Assembly (NCBI GenBank): GCA_002478275.1
Contig: DLMY01000031.1
Span: 124,001-149,919, forward strand
DNA from: Actinobacteria bacterium UBA7524
GTDB taxonomy: Bacteria > Actinomycetota > Coriobacteriia > Anaerosomatales > UBA912
Reading direction: 5' to 3'
Length of the DNA stretch: 25,919 bases
Shown here: in pieces, positions 18,049 through 25,524 of the stretch
Layout: each line of letters starts with the position of its first letter
Numbering within the stretch: position 1 is the first letter of the stretch
Notes under the pieces: model-generated
The model's input: only the letters and a program-made list of their open reading frames with translations
Database searches by the model: none
What the model was told of the DNA's origin: nothing
Translations under genes and position numbers: made by a program

Positions 18049-18638
18049 GGGCCGATTTCGATCTCGTGGTGTGCGGTCTGGGCGGCCAGGGTATCCTTAC
18101 GTGCGCTAACGCAGTAGCGCATGCAGCGGCACTCGAAGGATCTGATGTCTTGGCTACCGAACTCGTTGGTTTGGGACAGAGGGGCGGCTCTGTGACAGCG
18201 CATGTTCGGGTAGCTGAACGTGTCGTGTCGCCACGAATCCCGGCCGGTCAGGCCGATGTGATGCTTGCGCTCGATCGTTTCGAGGCGGCGCGAAATGCGC
18301 ATAGTGTGTCACCGGAAGGTCTGATGTTGGTGATGTCGTACGAATTGACACCGAACAGCGTTGCGCTCGGACTGAGCGATGAGTCAGAGCCAGATGCGGG
18401 GCTCGCGATTGACACGTTGCGGGCCGCCGGAATGAGAATCATCGAACTTCCCTACACACCCGAGGTCGGACGAATGAACGTGTATGCGTTGGGAGCCCTC
18501 TCCGTTGCACTTCCCTTCAACGAGGGGTGTTGGTCGGCAGTCCTTGGCAATCTGCCTCATTCGCAGGGGGGTGCTGAGAGCCCGCTCAGTGCTTTCGAAT
18601 CAGGACGGGCCGACGCTGTAGCACGGATAGATGATTGA
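18045..18638 (+). CDS. iorB: Indolepyruvate:ferredoxin oxidoreductase beta subunit-like
   Basis: ATGA overlap. VCGLGGQG, GLGQRGGSVTAHVR, SPRIPAGQAD, N..ALGA, AFESG. Confidence 0.87.
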   Translation: MRADFDLVVCGLGGQGILTCANAVAHAAALEGSDVLATELVGLGQRGGSVTAHVRVAERVVSPRIPAGQADVMLALDRFEAARNAHSVSPEGLMLVMSYELTPNSVALGLSDESEPDAGLAIDTLRAAGMRIIELPYTPEVGRMNVYALGALSVALPFNEGCWSAVLGNLPHSQGGAESPLSAFESGRADAVARIDD

Positions 18639-18664
18639 CCTTCTTCCCTCGCGGGGTGTACGCT
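18635..18664 (+). promoter_or_regulatory. Putative sigma70 promoter for the T-box leader
   Basis: TTGACC (18635-18640, overlapping the iorB stop), 18-nt spacer, TACGCT (18659-18664). Confidence 0.55.
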
Positions 18665-18670
18665 TCCGCC

Positions 18671-18918
18671 TAACCTTCGTACCAGCATGAAGGCGAATAT
18701 CGGAGCACAAGAGACGTGAGGGAAGAGAGCATCATCCGCTCAGCCACCCCTCCCATGTCTTTCGCCAGGGCGGTGCGCACGCGCAGCCGGAAGCGGATCG
18801 GCGCCGGACCGGTATCCCGGCACAAAGAGGTCTGCACGAGCCAGTTGGTCGTGTGGACGAAGATAGGTGGTACCGCGACCGACCCCTCGCCCTATCGGCG
18901 GAAGGGGTCGTTTTGTTT
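18671..18918 (+). ncRNA. T-box riboswitch (transcriptional attenuator)
   Basis: T-box AGATAGGTGGTACCGCG (18861-18877). Antiterminator TAGG/CCTA and GCG/CGC around the TGGTACC bulge. Stem III GTCTGCACGA 18830-18839/TCGTGTGGAC 18849-18858. Stem IIA/B-like GCCGG/CCGGC. Overlapping terminator downstream. Confidence 0.85.
18880..18918 (+). terminator. Intrinsic terminator of the T-box leader
   Basis: CGACCCCT-CGCC...GGCG-GA-AGGGGTCG hairpin followed by TTTTGTTT. Confidence 0.85.
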
Positions 18919-18938
18919 CCTCGGCGGGAGATGATGAG

Positions 18939-20207
18939 ATGGGTACCGCAAGAGTGGTGTTCGACAAGTGGGAAGGGCGCTACGCGCAGCGCATGGATGA
19001 CGTGCGATCGAGCGCGGTGCGCGACCTGTTCGGGGCGGCGAGCCGTCCGGACGTGATCAGTCTGTCGGGCGGGATGCCCGAGGTCAGCCGCGTGCCGACG
19101 CATACTGTTGCCGACGTGGCGCATTGGGCGGTCGCACACAAGGGCGCTGTCGCGCTTCAGTACGGAAGCAGCGAGGGGAGGCGCGAGCTGCGCGATGTCA
19201 TCGTAGAGCTGATGGCGGAGACGGGCGTGCGTCTGAAGGCCGACGAGGTCGTGGTGACCGCCGGTGCGCAGCAGGCACTCGACCTGATAGCGAAGATCTT
19301 CCTCGACCCCGGGGACGTGGTGATCGCCGAGGGGCCGACGTACCTGGGTGCGCTGCAGGCGTTCTCGGCGTACCAGCCCGACGTGCGCTGCATCCCGATG
19401 GACGACGACGGCATGCGCATGGACCTGCTCGAAGCCGAGCTTGAGCGACTCGGGCCGCGTGGTGCGAAGTTCATCTACACCATTCCGAACTTCCAGAACC
19501 CTGCGGGAGTGACGCTTTCGGCCGAGCGCAGGCGGCGGTTACTCGAGCTGTCGCGCGAGTACGACATCCCGGTGGTCGAGGACGACCCTTACGGGCGCCT
19601 TCGCTTCGAGGGCGGGCACATCAAGCCGCTTCGGGCGCTGGATCCCGAGGTCATCTACCTGGGTACCTTCTCGAAGGTCTTCGCGCCGGGACTTCGACTG
19701 GGCTGGATCACCGCGCCCAAGCCGGTGCTTGCGAAGTTCATCCTGGCCAAGCAGGCGGCGGACCTGTGCGGCAGCGCGTTCGCCCAGGTCACGGCGGAGC
19801 GGTACTTCGCGGCTACTCGCTGGCGCCGTGTGCTGCAAAGCCTCACGAAGACCTACGGCGAGCGACGCGATGCGATGCTCTCCGCGCTCGAGGAGCACTT
19901 CCCGCCCGAGGCGCGCTGGACCCATCCGGAGGGCGGGTTCTTCGTCTGGGTGGAGCTGCCGTCATTCCTCGACACCGGCGCGATGCTCGCCGAGGCGGTC
20001 GAGTGCGGAGTCACGTACGTGCCGGGCGACTCGTTCTACCCTGACGGCCGCGGACGCAACTGTATGCGCCTGGCCTTCTGCTACGCTGAGCCCGAGCGGA
20101 TCGAAGAAGGTATACGCAGGCTCGCCGAGGCGCTCGATGACCGTCTTCACCTGTACCGCGCATTCATCGCCGCAGGGGCCATACCTGCCGAGGAGGGAGC
20201 AGCATGA
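18939..20207 (+). CDS. PLP-dependent aminotransferase class I/II (LysN/ARO8/MocR-like catalytic family)
   Basis: GGGAG RBS. ISLSGGMP, LQYGSSEG, GAQQALDL, PNFQNPAG, EDDPY, GTFSKVFAPGLRLG (PLP Lys), PEGGFF. Confidence 0.93.
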   Translation: MGTARVVFDKWEGRYAQRMDDVRSSAVRDLFGAASRPDVISLSGGMPEVSRVPTHTVADVAHWAVAHKGAVALQYGSSEGRRELRDVIVELMAETGVRLKADEVVVTAGAQQALDLIAKIFLDPGDVVIAEGPTYLGALQAFSAYQPDVRCIPMDDDGMRMDLLEAELERLGPRGAKFIYTIPNFQNPAGVTLSAERRRRLLELSREYDIPVVEDDPYGRLRFEGGHIKPLRALDPEVIYLGTFSKVFAPGLRLGWITAPKPVLAKFILAKQAADLCGSAFAQVTAERYFAATRWRRVLQSLTKTYGERRDAMLSALEEHFPPEARWTHPEGGFFVWVELPSFLDTGAMLAEAVECGVTYVPGDSFYPDGRGRNCMRLAFCYAEPERIEEGIRRLAEALDDRLHLYRAFIAAGAIPAEEGAA

Positions 20208-21154
20208 GCAGAGAGAAGGTAGCCGTCCTGATGGGCGGGCGCTCGCTCGAGCGCGACGTCTCGCTCAGAAGCGGCAAGCGGGTCTGCGAGGCGCTCGAGG
20301 CCGCGGGGCACAAGGTACTCGCCCTGGACGTGACCGCGGACCTGGTCTCGACGTTGCGGGCCGAGCGCCCGGACGCCTGCTACATCGCGCTTCACGGCAA
20401 GTACGGTGAGGACGGGACGATACAGGAGCTGTTGGAGTTCCTCGGCATTCCGTATACGGGGCCAGGGGTCGTCTCGTGTTCGCTCTCGTGGGACAAGTCC
20501 CTTGCCAAGCGGTTGTTCGTGGAGGCGGGGATACCGACACCTGCGTGGGTCACGTTGACGGCAGACGCGTTCAAGGAGATGGGGGCGGCGACCGCGCTCG
20601 ACCTGATTCCTGACGAGGTCGGGGGTCTTCCCGTGGTGGTTAAGCCCTCCAAGCAGGGCTCGGCGCTCGGGCTTTCGCGTGTCGACGAAGCCGGCGGGCT
20701 GGCAGAAGCGCTTCTCAACGCGCTGAGCTACAGCGATGCGGCGCTGGTCGAGAAGTGGGTGGACGGCTGTGTCGTGGCGGTCTCGGTCTTCGACGGCGAT
20801 GACGGGCCGTTGGTGTTGCCGCCGGTGGAGATAGTCGCACACAGTGGGCTGTTCGACTTCAATGCGATGTACACGGCCGGGGAGACCGACTACTACGTGC
20901 CCGCGCGACTTGACGATGACGTCGCCGCACGGGTCATCGAGGTAGCGGGCAAGGCGCATACGCTCATGGAGTGCCGGGACGTATCCCGCGTGGACCTCAT
21001 AGTGGACCCGCAAGGCGGCGTGCACGTGCTGGAGTGCAACACCTCTCCGGGCATGACGGAGACCTCGCTTCTGCCCATGGCCGCCGAGGCCGCCGGTATG
21101 AGTTTCCAGGATGTGGTGGAAAGACTCTTGCACGCAGCGCTGGCAAGGAGATAA
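20204..21154 (+). CDS. ddl: D-alanine--D-alanine ligase family ATP-grasp enzyme
   Basis: GGRSLERDVSLRSG, LHGKYGEDG, GIPYTG, VVKP..QGS, SRVD, ECNTSPGMTETS. Confidence 0.85.
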   Translation: MSREKVAVLMGGRSLERDVSLRSGKRVCEALEAAGHKVLALDVTADLVSTLRAERPDACYIALHGKYGEDGTIQELLEFLGIPYTGPGVVSCSLSWDKSLAKRLFVEAGIPTPAWVTLTADAFKEMGAATALDLIPDEVGGLPVVVKPSKQGSALGLSRVDEAGGLAEALLNALSYSDAALVEKWVDGCVVAVSVFDGDDGPLVLPPVEIVAHSGLFDFNAMYTAGETDYYVPARLDDDVAARVIEVAGKAHTLMECRDVSRVDLIVDPQGGVHVLECNTSPGMTETSLLPMAAEAAGMSFQDVVERLLHAALARR

Positions 21155-21259
21155 TCGTCCTGCTGATGTGGCGTGATTCGGGTACATACCTATGTGCGCG
21201 GGTGTTGGTCGGCCGCGCGTCAGATGTCTGTCCGGCCTCGAAGACGGAGGTGCGCAAGT

Positions 21260-21790
21260 ATGTACGACTACAGGCGTGGTGGTGGTGTTCTGGGGGCGTT
21301 CCTCCTGGGCGGCGCGATAGGGGCGGTGCTCGGGTTGTTGTTCGCGCCGCGTTCCGGTAAGGAGAGCCGAGAGATGCTCGCCGAGGCCGCTGAGAAGTAC
21401 TGGACTGAAGGCAAGGAGCTCTACGAGACGGGCGTCACGAAGGTCACGGACGTCTACGAGACCGGCGTCGCTAAAGTGACTGACGTCTATGAGACTGGCC
21501 GTGAGGTCGCGGCCGAGAAGACCGAGGAGCTGCGAGACAAGATCGATGCTGCCCGTGATCGTCTCAAGGAGCAGGTAGGTTCAGCGTCCGGTGCTGCCCG
21601 CGAGAAGGTCGCCGAGGCCGTTCCCGCAGCGAAGGAAGCCGCTCACAAGGCTGCAGACGCTGTGAAGAGCGGTGCCGAAGTGGCCGAGAAGAAAGCCCAG
21701 GAGACTCTGGACATCGTCGCGGAGAAGGCCGCCCCGAAGGCGCCGCCAGCACCGGCTGCCGAGCCTGGCGGGGATCTTCCGGCGGTATAG
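21260..21790 (+). CDS. YtxH domain-containing protein
   Basis: GGAGG RBS. FLLGGAIGAVLGLLFAPRSGKESR YtxH motif followed by an Ala/Lys/Glu-rich helical region. Confidence 0.88.
   Translation: MYDYRRGGGVLGAFLLGGAIGAVLGLLFAPRSGKESREMLAEAAEKYWTEGKELYETGVTKVTDVYETGVAKVTDVYETGREVAAEKTEELRDKIDAARDRLKEQVGSASGAAREKVAEAVPAAKEAAHKAADAVKSGAEVAEKKAQETLDIVAEKAAPKAPPAPAAEPGGDLPAV
21416..21499 (+). repeat. About 2.5 copies of a 33-bp (11-aa) tandem repeat inside the YtxH gene
   Basis: Units start at 21416, 21449 and 21482: ELYETGVTKVT / DVYETGVAKVT / DVYETG. Confidence 0.85.
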
Positions 21791-21816
21791 GGACCCCACC
21801 TGAGATCAGATACGCG

Positions 21817-21852
21817 GCGGGCCGGAGACGTATGCGCTCCGGCCCGCTTGTT
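21817..21852 (+). terminator. Probable intrinsic terminator after the YtxH gene
   Basis: GCGGGCCGGAG-(9 nt)-CTCCGGCCCGC perfect 11-bp stem followed by TTGTT. Confidence 0.65.
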
Positions 21853-21866
21853 GTACGCTTCCAGAC

Positions 21867-22601
21867 ATGCCTCTGACCGATGACATCCAGGGACTATCGC
21901 TCTTCGACACCCACGGCAAGCCGGCGGGTGAAGTAACGCACGTGCTCTTCCATCCACGCGAGCCACGTGCCGTGGGCCTTCAGGTACAGCCTCCCGCTTT
22001 CGCCTACGTCATCGCGCGCAAGCCCCGCTTCCTCCCGCTGTCCGAGGTGCGCCTCGGTGCGCAGCGCGTGACACTGCTCTCAGCCAGGCCTCAGTGGGGG
22101 AGGGCGGCCGAGAAGGAACAGGGCTTCGCATGGGACGATTCGGTCATCTGGCGCCTCATGCCGGTGTTCACCGAAGATGGCAGGCACTTGGGGCTGGTGA
22201 AGGACGTCGGTGTCTCCTCGGCGGATGGCGGTGTGGAGAGCCTGGTGCTCACCGGCGGCGCGGCGGCCGATATCGCCGTGGGCAGGCAGACGATTCCGGG
22301 CGACCTGGTCGTAGGTTTCGATCCGGAGCGCACCGTGGTGCTTGTCGCCGGCGAAGCGGCGGCTCAGGAGCTTCCCGGTGGCGTCGCCGCCGTGGCGGGC
22401 AGGGGGGCGGCTGTCGCGAAGGCTGCGGCAGGTGCCGCTGCGAAGACGGCTTTGGCCGGCGCGGGTGCGGCAGCCCGTGCCGCAGCTCGTAGCGGGGTCG
22501 GGAAGACCGTGCGCAAGAAGACGTCGTCGGGCTGGCGTGCGTTCAAGGACGCCTACGCTGAAGGTCTGCGCGATGACGCGGACACCGATAGGGACGGCTG
22601 A
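21867..22601 (+). CDS. PRC-barrel domain protein (two barrels, Ala-rich tail)
   Basis: LFDTHGKPAGEVTHVLFHP and VFTEDGRHLGLVKDV are PRC-barrel-like starts. Confidence 0.7.
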   Translation: MPLTDDIQGLSLFDTHGKPAGEVTHVLFHPREPRAVGLQVQPPAFAYVIARKPRFLPLSEVRLGAQRVTLLSARPQWGRAAEKEQGFAWDDSVIWRLMPVFTEDGRHLGLVKDVGVSSADGGVESLVLTGGAAADIAVGRQTIPGDLVVGFDPERTVVLVAGEAAAQELPGGVAAVAGRGAAVAKAAAGAAAKTALAGAGAAARAAARSGVGKTVRKKTSSGWRAFKDAYAEGLRDDADTDRDG

Positions 22602-22607
22602 GACACC

Positions 22608-23255
22608 ATGCCGCGGCGATTGAAGCCTTTGGGTCTTGGGCATCTCGAGCGGCTGCCGAGCGAGTGTGCCAGCTGCGTGTTCTGGGAGAGCTCCCAGGCG
22701 CTCGAGGTGCGTTGCGGAGTGAGATGCGATGCCGACCGGCTGCGCGAGTGGCACCGGGCTGTCAGTGTGCAGTGGGGCGACCCGGGACGTGTGGCACTCG
22801 AAGACGACCAGGTCATGGGCTTCATCAAGTACGCTCCTCCCGAGTACTTCCCCCAGGCGCTCCATCTTCCGGGGGAGGTGACCCGCGAGCGCAGCGTGCT
22901 GATCGCCTGCATGCATATCCATGATGACGCCAGGCGTCACGGTCTCGGGTCCCTTCTGCTCAAGGCGGCGTTGCGCGATGTGAGCATGCACGGCGAGAAG
23001 ACGGTGTACGCGTACGCCTGCCCCCGAGCCACCGACATGACGGTCGAGCCGATGATCGGGATGGATTTCCTGCTCCGGAACGGCTTCGCCATCGCACATC
23101 CTCATCCCGCGTATCCACTGCTCAAGCTCGATATGCGCTCGCTCGTGCAGTGGACAGAGAACCTCGAGGCCGTCCTCGAGTCGTTGCGCATCCCATGGAC
23201 GGCCCGCAACAGGCTGCCTTCACCCTCCGTCGATGTGAGGGGAGGCCGCCGATGA
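22608..23255 (+). CDS. GNAT family N-acetyltransferase (actinobacterial Rv3916c-like)
   Basis: C..CVFWE, WGDPGRVA, YAPPEYFP, RRHGLGSLL acetyl-CoA motif, FL..NGF, HPAYPLLKLD. Confidence 0.82.
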   Translation: MPRRLKPLGLGHLERLPSECASCVFWESSQALEVRCGVRCDADRLREWHRAVSVQWGDPGRVALEDDQVMGFIKYAPPEYFPQALHLPGEVTRERSVLIACMHIHDDARRHGLGSLLLKAALRDVSMHGEKTVYAYACPRATDMTVEPMIGMDFLLRNGFAIAHPHPAYPLLKLDMRSLVQWTENLEAVLESLRIPWTARNRLPSPSVDVRGGRR

Positions 23256-23746
23256 CCGGCGAGAAGCAGGGCCGTCCCGCCGGCGGGTCGGCGGAGCGCG
23301 TACGCGCGTTCCTGTCCATCGCCGGATACGCCGAGGAGATACTGACCTTCCAGGAATCGACCAAGACCGCTCAGATGGCCGCTGACGCTGCTGGCTGCGA
23401 GCTGGGCCAGATCGTCAAGTCGTTGGTGTTCGTCGCGGACGGCAAGGCGGTCCTCGCGTTGGTGGCAGGGGACAGGCGCGGGGATGATGCGGCCATCGCT
23501 CGGGAGATGGGGGCGGCGGCGGCCAAGATGGCCGATGCGGCCACTGTGCGTACGGCGACAGGGTATGCTATCGGAGGAGTCTCTCCGTTCGACCTGCCCG
23601 AAGGGCTTGCTGTCCTGGTAGACGATTCACTGGAGCGATTCGAGATCGTCTTTCCGGCGGCGGGTACCCCGAAGTCGATGGTGCGTATGCCACGAGAGGC
23701 TCTCGTGCGCATCACGGGTGGGCGCATGGCACGAATCTCGCAGTGA
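23252..23746 (+). CDS. YbaK/EbsC family aminoacyl-tRNA editing protein
   Basis: ATGA overlap start. TKTAQMAA, QIVKSLVF, TGYAIGGVSPF, AAGT. Confidence 0.88.
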   Translation: MTGEKQGRPAGGSAERVRAFLSIAGYAEEILTFQESTKTAQMAADAAGCELGQIVKSLVFVADGKAVLALVAGDRRGDDAAIAREMGAAAAKMADAATVRTATGYAIGGVSPFDLPEGLAVLVDDSLERFEIVFPAAGTPKSMVRMPREALVRITGGRMARISQ

Positions 23747-24918
23747 GGGACGTCATGGGGTCGTACACCGTAGAGCGTGTGCCTGAGCAGCGCTTCGGTC
23801 GACTGTATCTGTCGACCGTGGGGCTGCTTCTTGCTGCGCTCGTCGCGGTCTCGATACCCGCTTTCTCCTTCATCGATGTGAGCGTGGACGGGCAGAGAGC
23901 CAAGCTCCCTGCGGGGTCGACCGCGGGCGATGTCGCTTCGCTGCGGCTGATGGGCTCCTCGGCGGGGGACCTGGTCGACCGTGAGGGTGCGGTGATCGCT
24001 CGAGGCCGGGGTGAGCCCCCGAGGCTCGTGAGGGTCGGGCACCAGGCGGCCGGGAACGCCGCGACGTTGGTGATGAGGGAGCTCGATGCCGACACCGAGC
24101 TCATGCAGGGTGATCAGCTGCGCAGCGTGCGGGGGGCCGATGTCCGTGAGACCGAGGTGCCGCAGCGTGTCGCGATACCGGTCGACGTCCAGTACACCGG
24201 CAAGGGACCGCTCATGGCGCTCGAACACCCCGGCTCGCCGGGCGTGCGGGAACAAGTGGTGGGGGCCGCGTCCGGCAAGGTGTTCGAGGACGCGGTCCTA
24301 GAAGAGCCGACGCCGATGGTCGTGAGGCGCTACTTCCCGAACGGCGAGCGCAAGGTCGTGGCGCTGACGTTCGACGACGGCCCGTGGCCGGGACACACCG
24401 AGGCGATACTGGACGTCCTCAAGGCCGAGGGAGTGCAGGCGACGTTCTTCATGATCGGGCGGCAGGTCTACCGGTACCCGGATGTCGTTGCGCGCATACG
24501 CGACGAGGGGCACACGCTTGGCAACCACACCGAGGACCACGTGATACTCGGTCGAGCCACACCCGAAGAGGTCCGACGTCAGGTCACAGAGGGTCAGAGG
24601 GCCATCCAGTCGGTGGCCGGAGTCAAACCGGGTTGGTTCAGGCCGCCGGGAGGAAGCATGTCCGCCCGGGTCGGGCATGAGGTCGCCCGTTTCGAGATGC
24701 AGGTAGCGATGTGGTCGGTCGACCCACAGGACTGGCGCAAGCCGCCGGTGGCCACCATGATCCAGCGCGTGCTGACGAACGTGAAGCCCGGTGCGGTCGT
24801 CCTGCTGCACGACGGAGGCGGCGACCGTACGAACACGGTTGCCGCTGTGGGCCCGATCGTCCGCGAGCTCAAGAAGCGCGGATACACCTTCGTGACCCTG
24901 GACGAGCTGCACGAGTAA
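23743..24918 (+). CDS. Membrane-anchored polysaccharide deacetylase (NodB/CE4) with G5-like N-terminal region
   Basis: N-terminal TM; ALTFDDGP, ATFF, GNHTEDH, FRPPGG, WSVDPQDW, VLLHDGGG. Confidence 0.9.
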   Translation: MRDVMGSYTVERVPEQRFGRLYLSTVGLLLAALVAVSIPAFSFIDVSVDGQRAKLPAGSTAGDVASLRLMGSSAGDLVDREGAVIARGRGEPPRLVRVGHQAAGNAATLVMRELDADTELMQGDQLRSVRGADVRETEVPQRVAIPVDVQYTGKGPLMALEHPGSPGVREQVVGAASGKVFEDAVLEEPTPMVVRRYFPNGERKVVALTFDDGPWPGHTEAILDVLKAEGVQATFFMIGRQVYRYPDVVARIRDEGHTLGNHTEDHVILGRATPEEVRRQVTEGQRAIQSVAGVKPGWFRPPGGSMSARVGHEVARFEMQVAMWSVDPQDWRKPPVATMIQRVLTNVKPGAVVLLHDGGGDRTNTVAAVGPIVRELKKRGYTFVTLDELHE

Positions 24919-24926
24919 GGTGCGCG

Positions 24927-25511
24927 TCAGCGGCTCCTGCGGCAGATGAGGGTACGCAGCGGGGTGATGACGGCATCGACACGCTGGTCGTGCGGGTCTT
25001 CGGGGATGAGTTCGACGAGCTGGTCGTCGAAGACGAATGCCACCCTGTGCGCGAGATGCATGCGAGCGAGTAGGCGGTCGTAGTAGCCTCCACCCATGCC
25101 GAGCCGCGCGCCTCGATTGTCGAAGGCCACACCCGGCACGATCACCAGGTCGATGGTGTCGAACTCCGCCAGGGGTGCGTGTGGGGGTGGCTGGAGCACG
25201 CCGTGGGGCCCTTCTTCGAGCCCGGTGTCGACGGTGCAGGAGTGTAGTTCGAGTGTTCCGGGGGCGTCGACTCGTGGAAGGCAGATGGTCGCTCCTCTGC
25301 GGCGCAGTTCGTTGAGCAGGGGTGACGGGTCGAGCTCCTCGGGCATGGCGACGAAGCCGAGTACGTGCGTGGCGCTTTGGACTTCGGGAAGCTCCAGCGC
25401 GCGGACCGTGGCGGCCTCGGACAGGGCCGGGCGTTCCTCGGCGGGTATGGAGCGCCGCAGAGTGCGTGAGGTTTCTCGCAGGAGCGCCTTGTCGGCCGAA
25501 AGGGAGTCCAT
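24927..25511 (-). CDS. 5-formyltetrahydrofolate cyclo-ligase
   Basis: K..LR, LPRV, DLVIVPGVAFD..G.RLGMGGGYYDR, PHDQRVDAVIT. Confidence 0.92.
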   Translation of the reverse strand: MDSLSADKALLRETSRTLRRSIPAEERPALSEAATVRALELPEVQSATHVLGFVAMPEELDPSPLLNELRRRGATICLPRVDAPGTLELHSCTVDTGLEEGPHGVLQPPPHAPLAEFDTIDLVIVPGVAFDNRGARLGMGGGYYDRLLARMHLAHRVAFVFDDQLVELIPEDPHDQRVDAVITPLRTLICRRSR

Positions 25512-25524
25512 CGGGCGCCCTCGC

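Noticed and set aside
5946..18610. TCAGGAC(A/G)GG at both island ends as att-like direct repeats
   Set aside because: Too short, and the right copy lies inside iorB; no integrase is present.
18939..20207. Aminotransferase as part of the biosynthetic cluster (arylpyruvate supply for IOR)
   Set aside because: It has its own promoter and T-box, host-like composition and is coupled to the Ddl-like gene; a metabolic link is possible but unsupported.
1714..21185. GGGTA(T/C) SigB/SigF-like -10 boxes at 1714, 3486 and 21180
   Set aside because: No matching GTTT/GGWWT -35 element at the proper spacing.
20147..24255. Long antisense ORFs (20147-21187, 22080-23105, 23371-24255, and similar ones such as 8206-9141)
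   Set aside because: Shadow frames of well-supported plus-strand genes in high-GC DNA, with no recognisable motifs.
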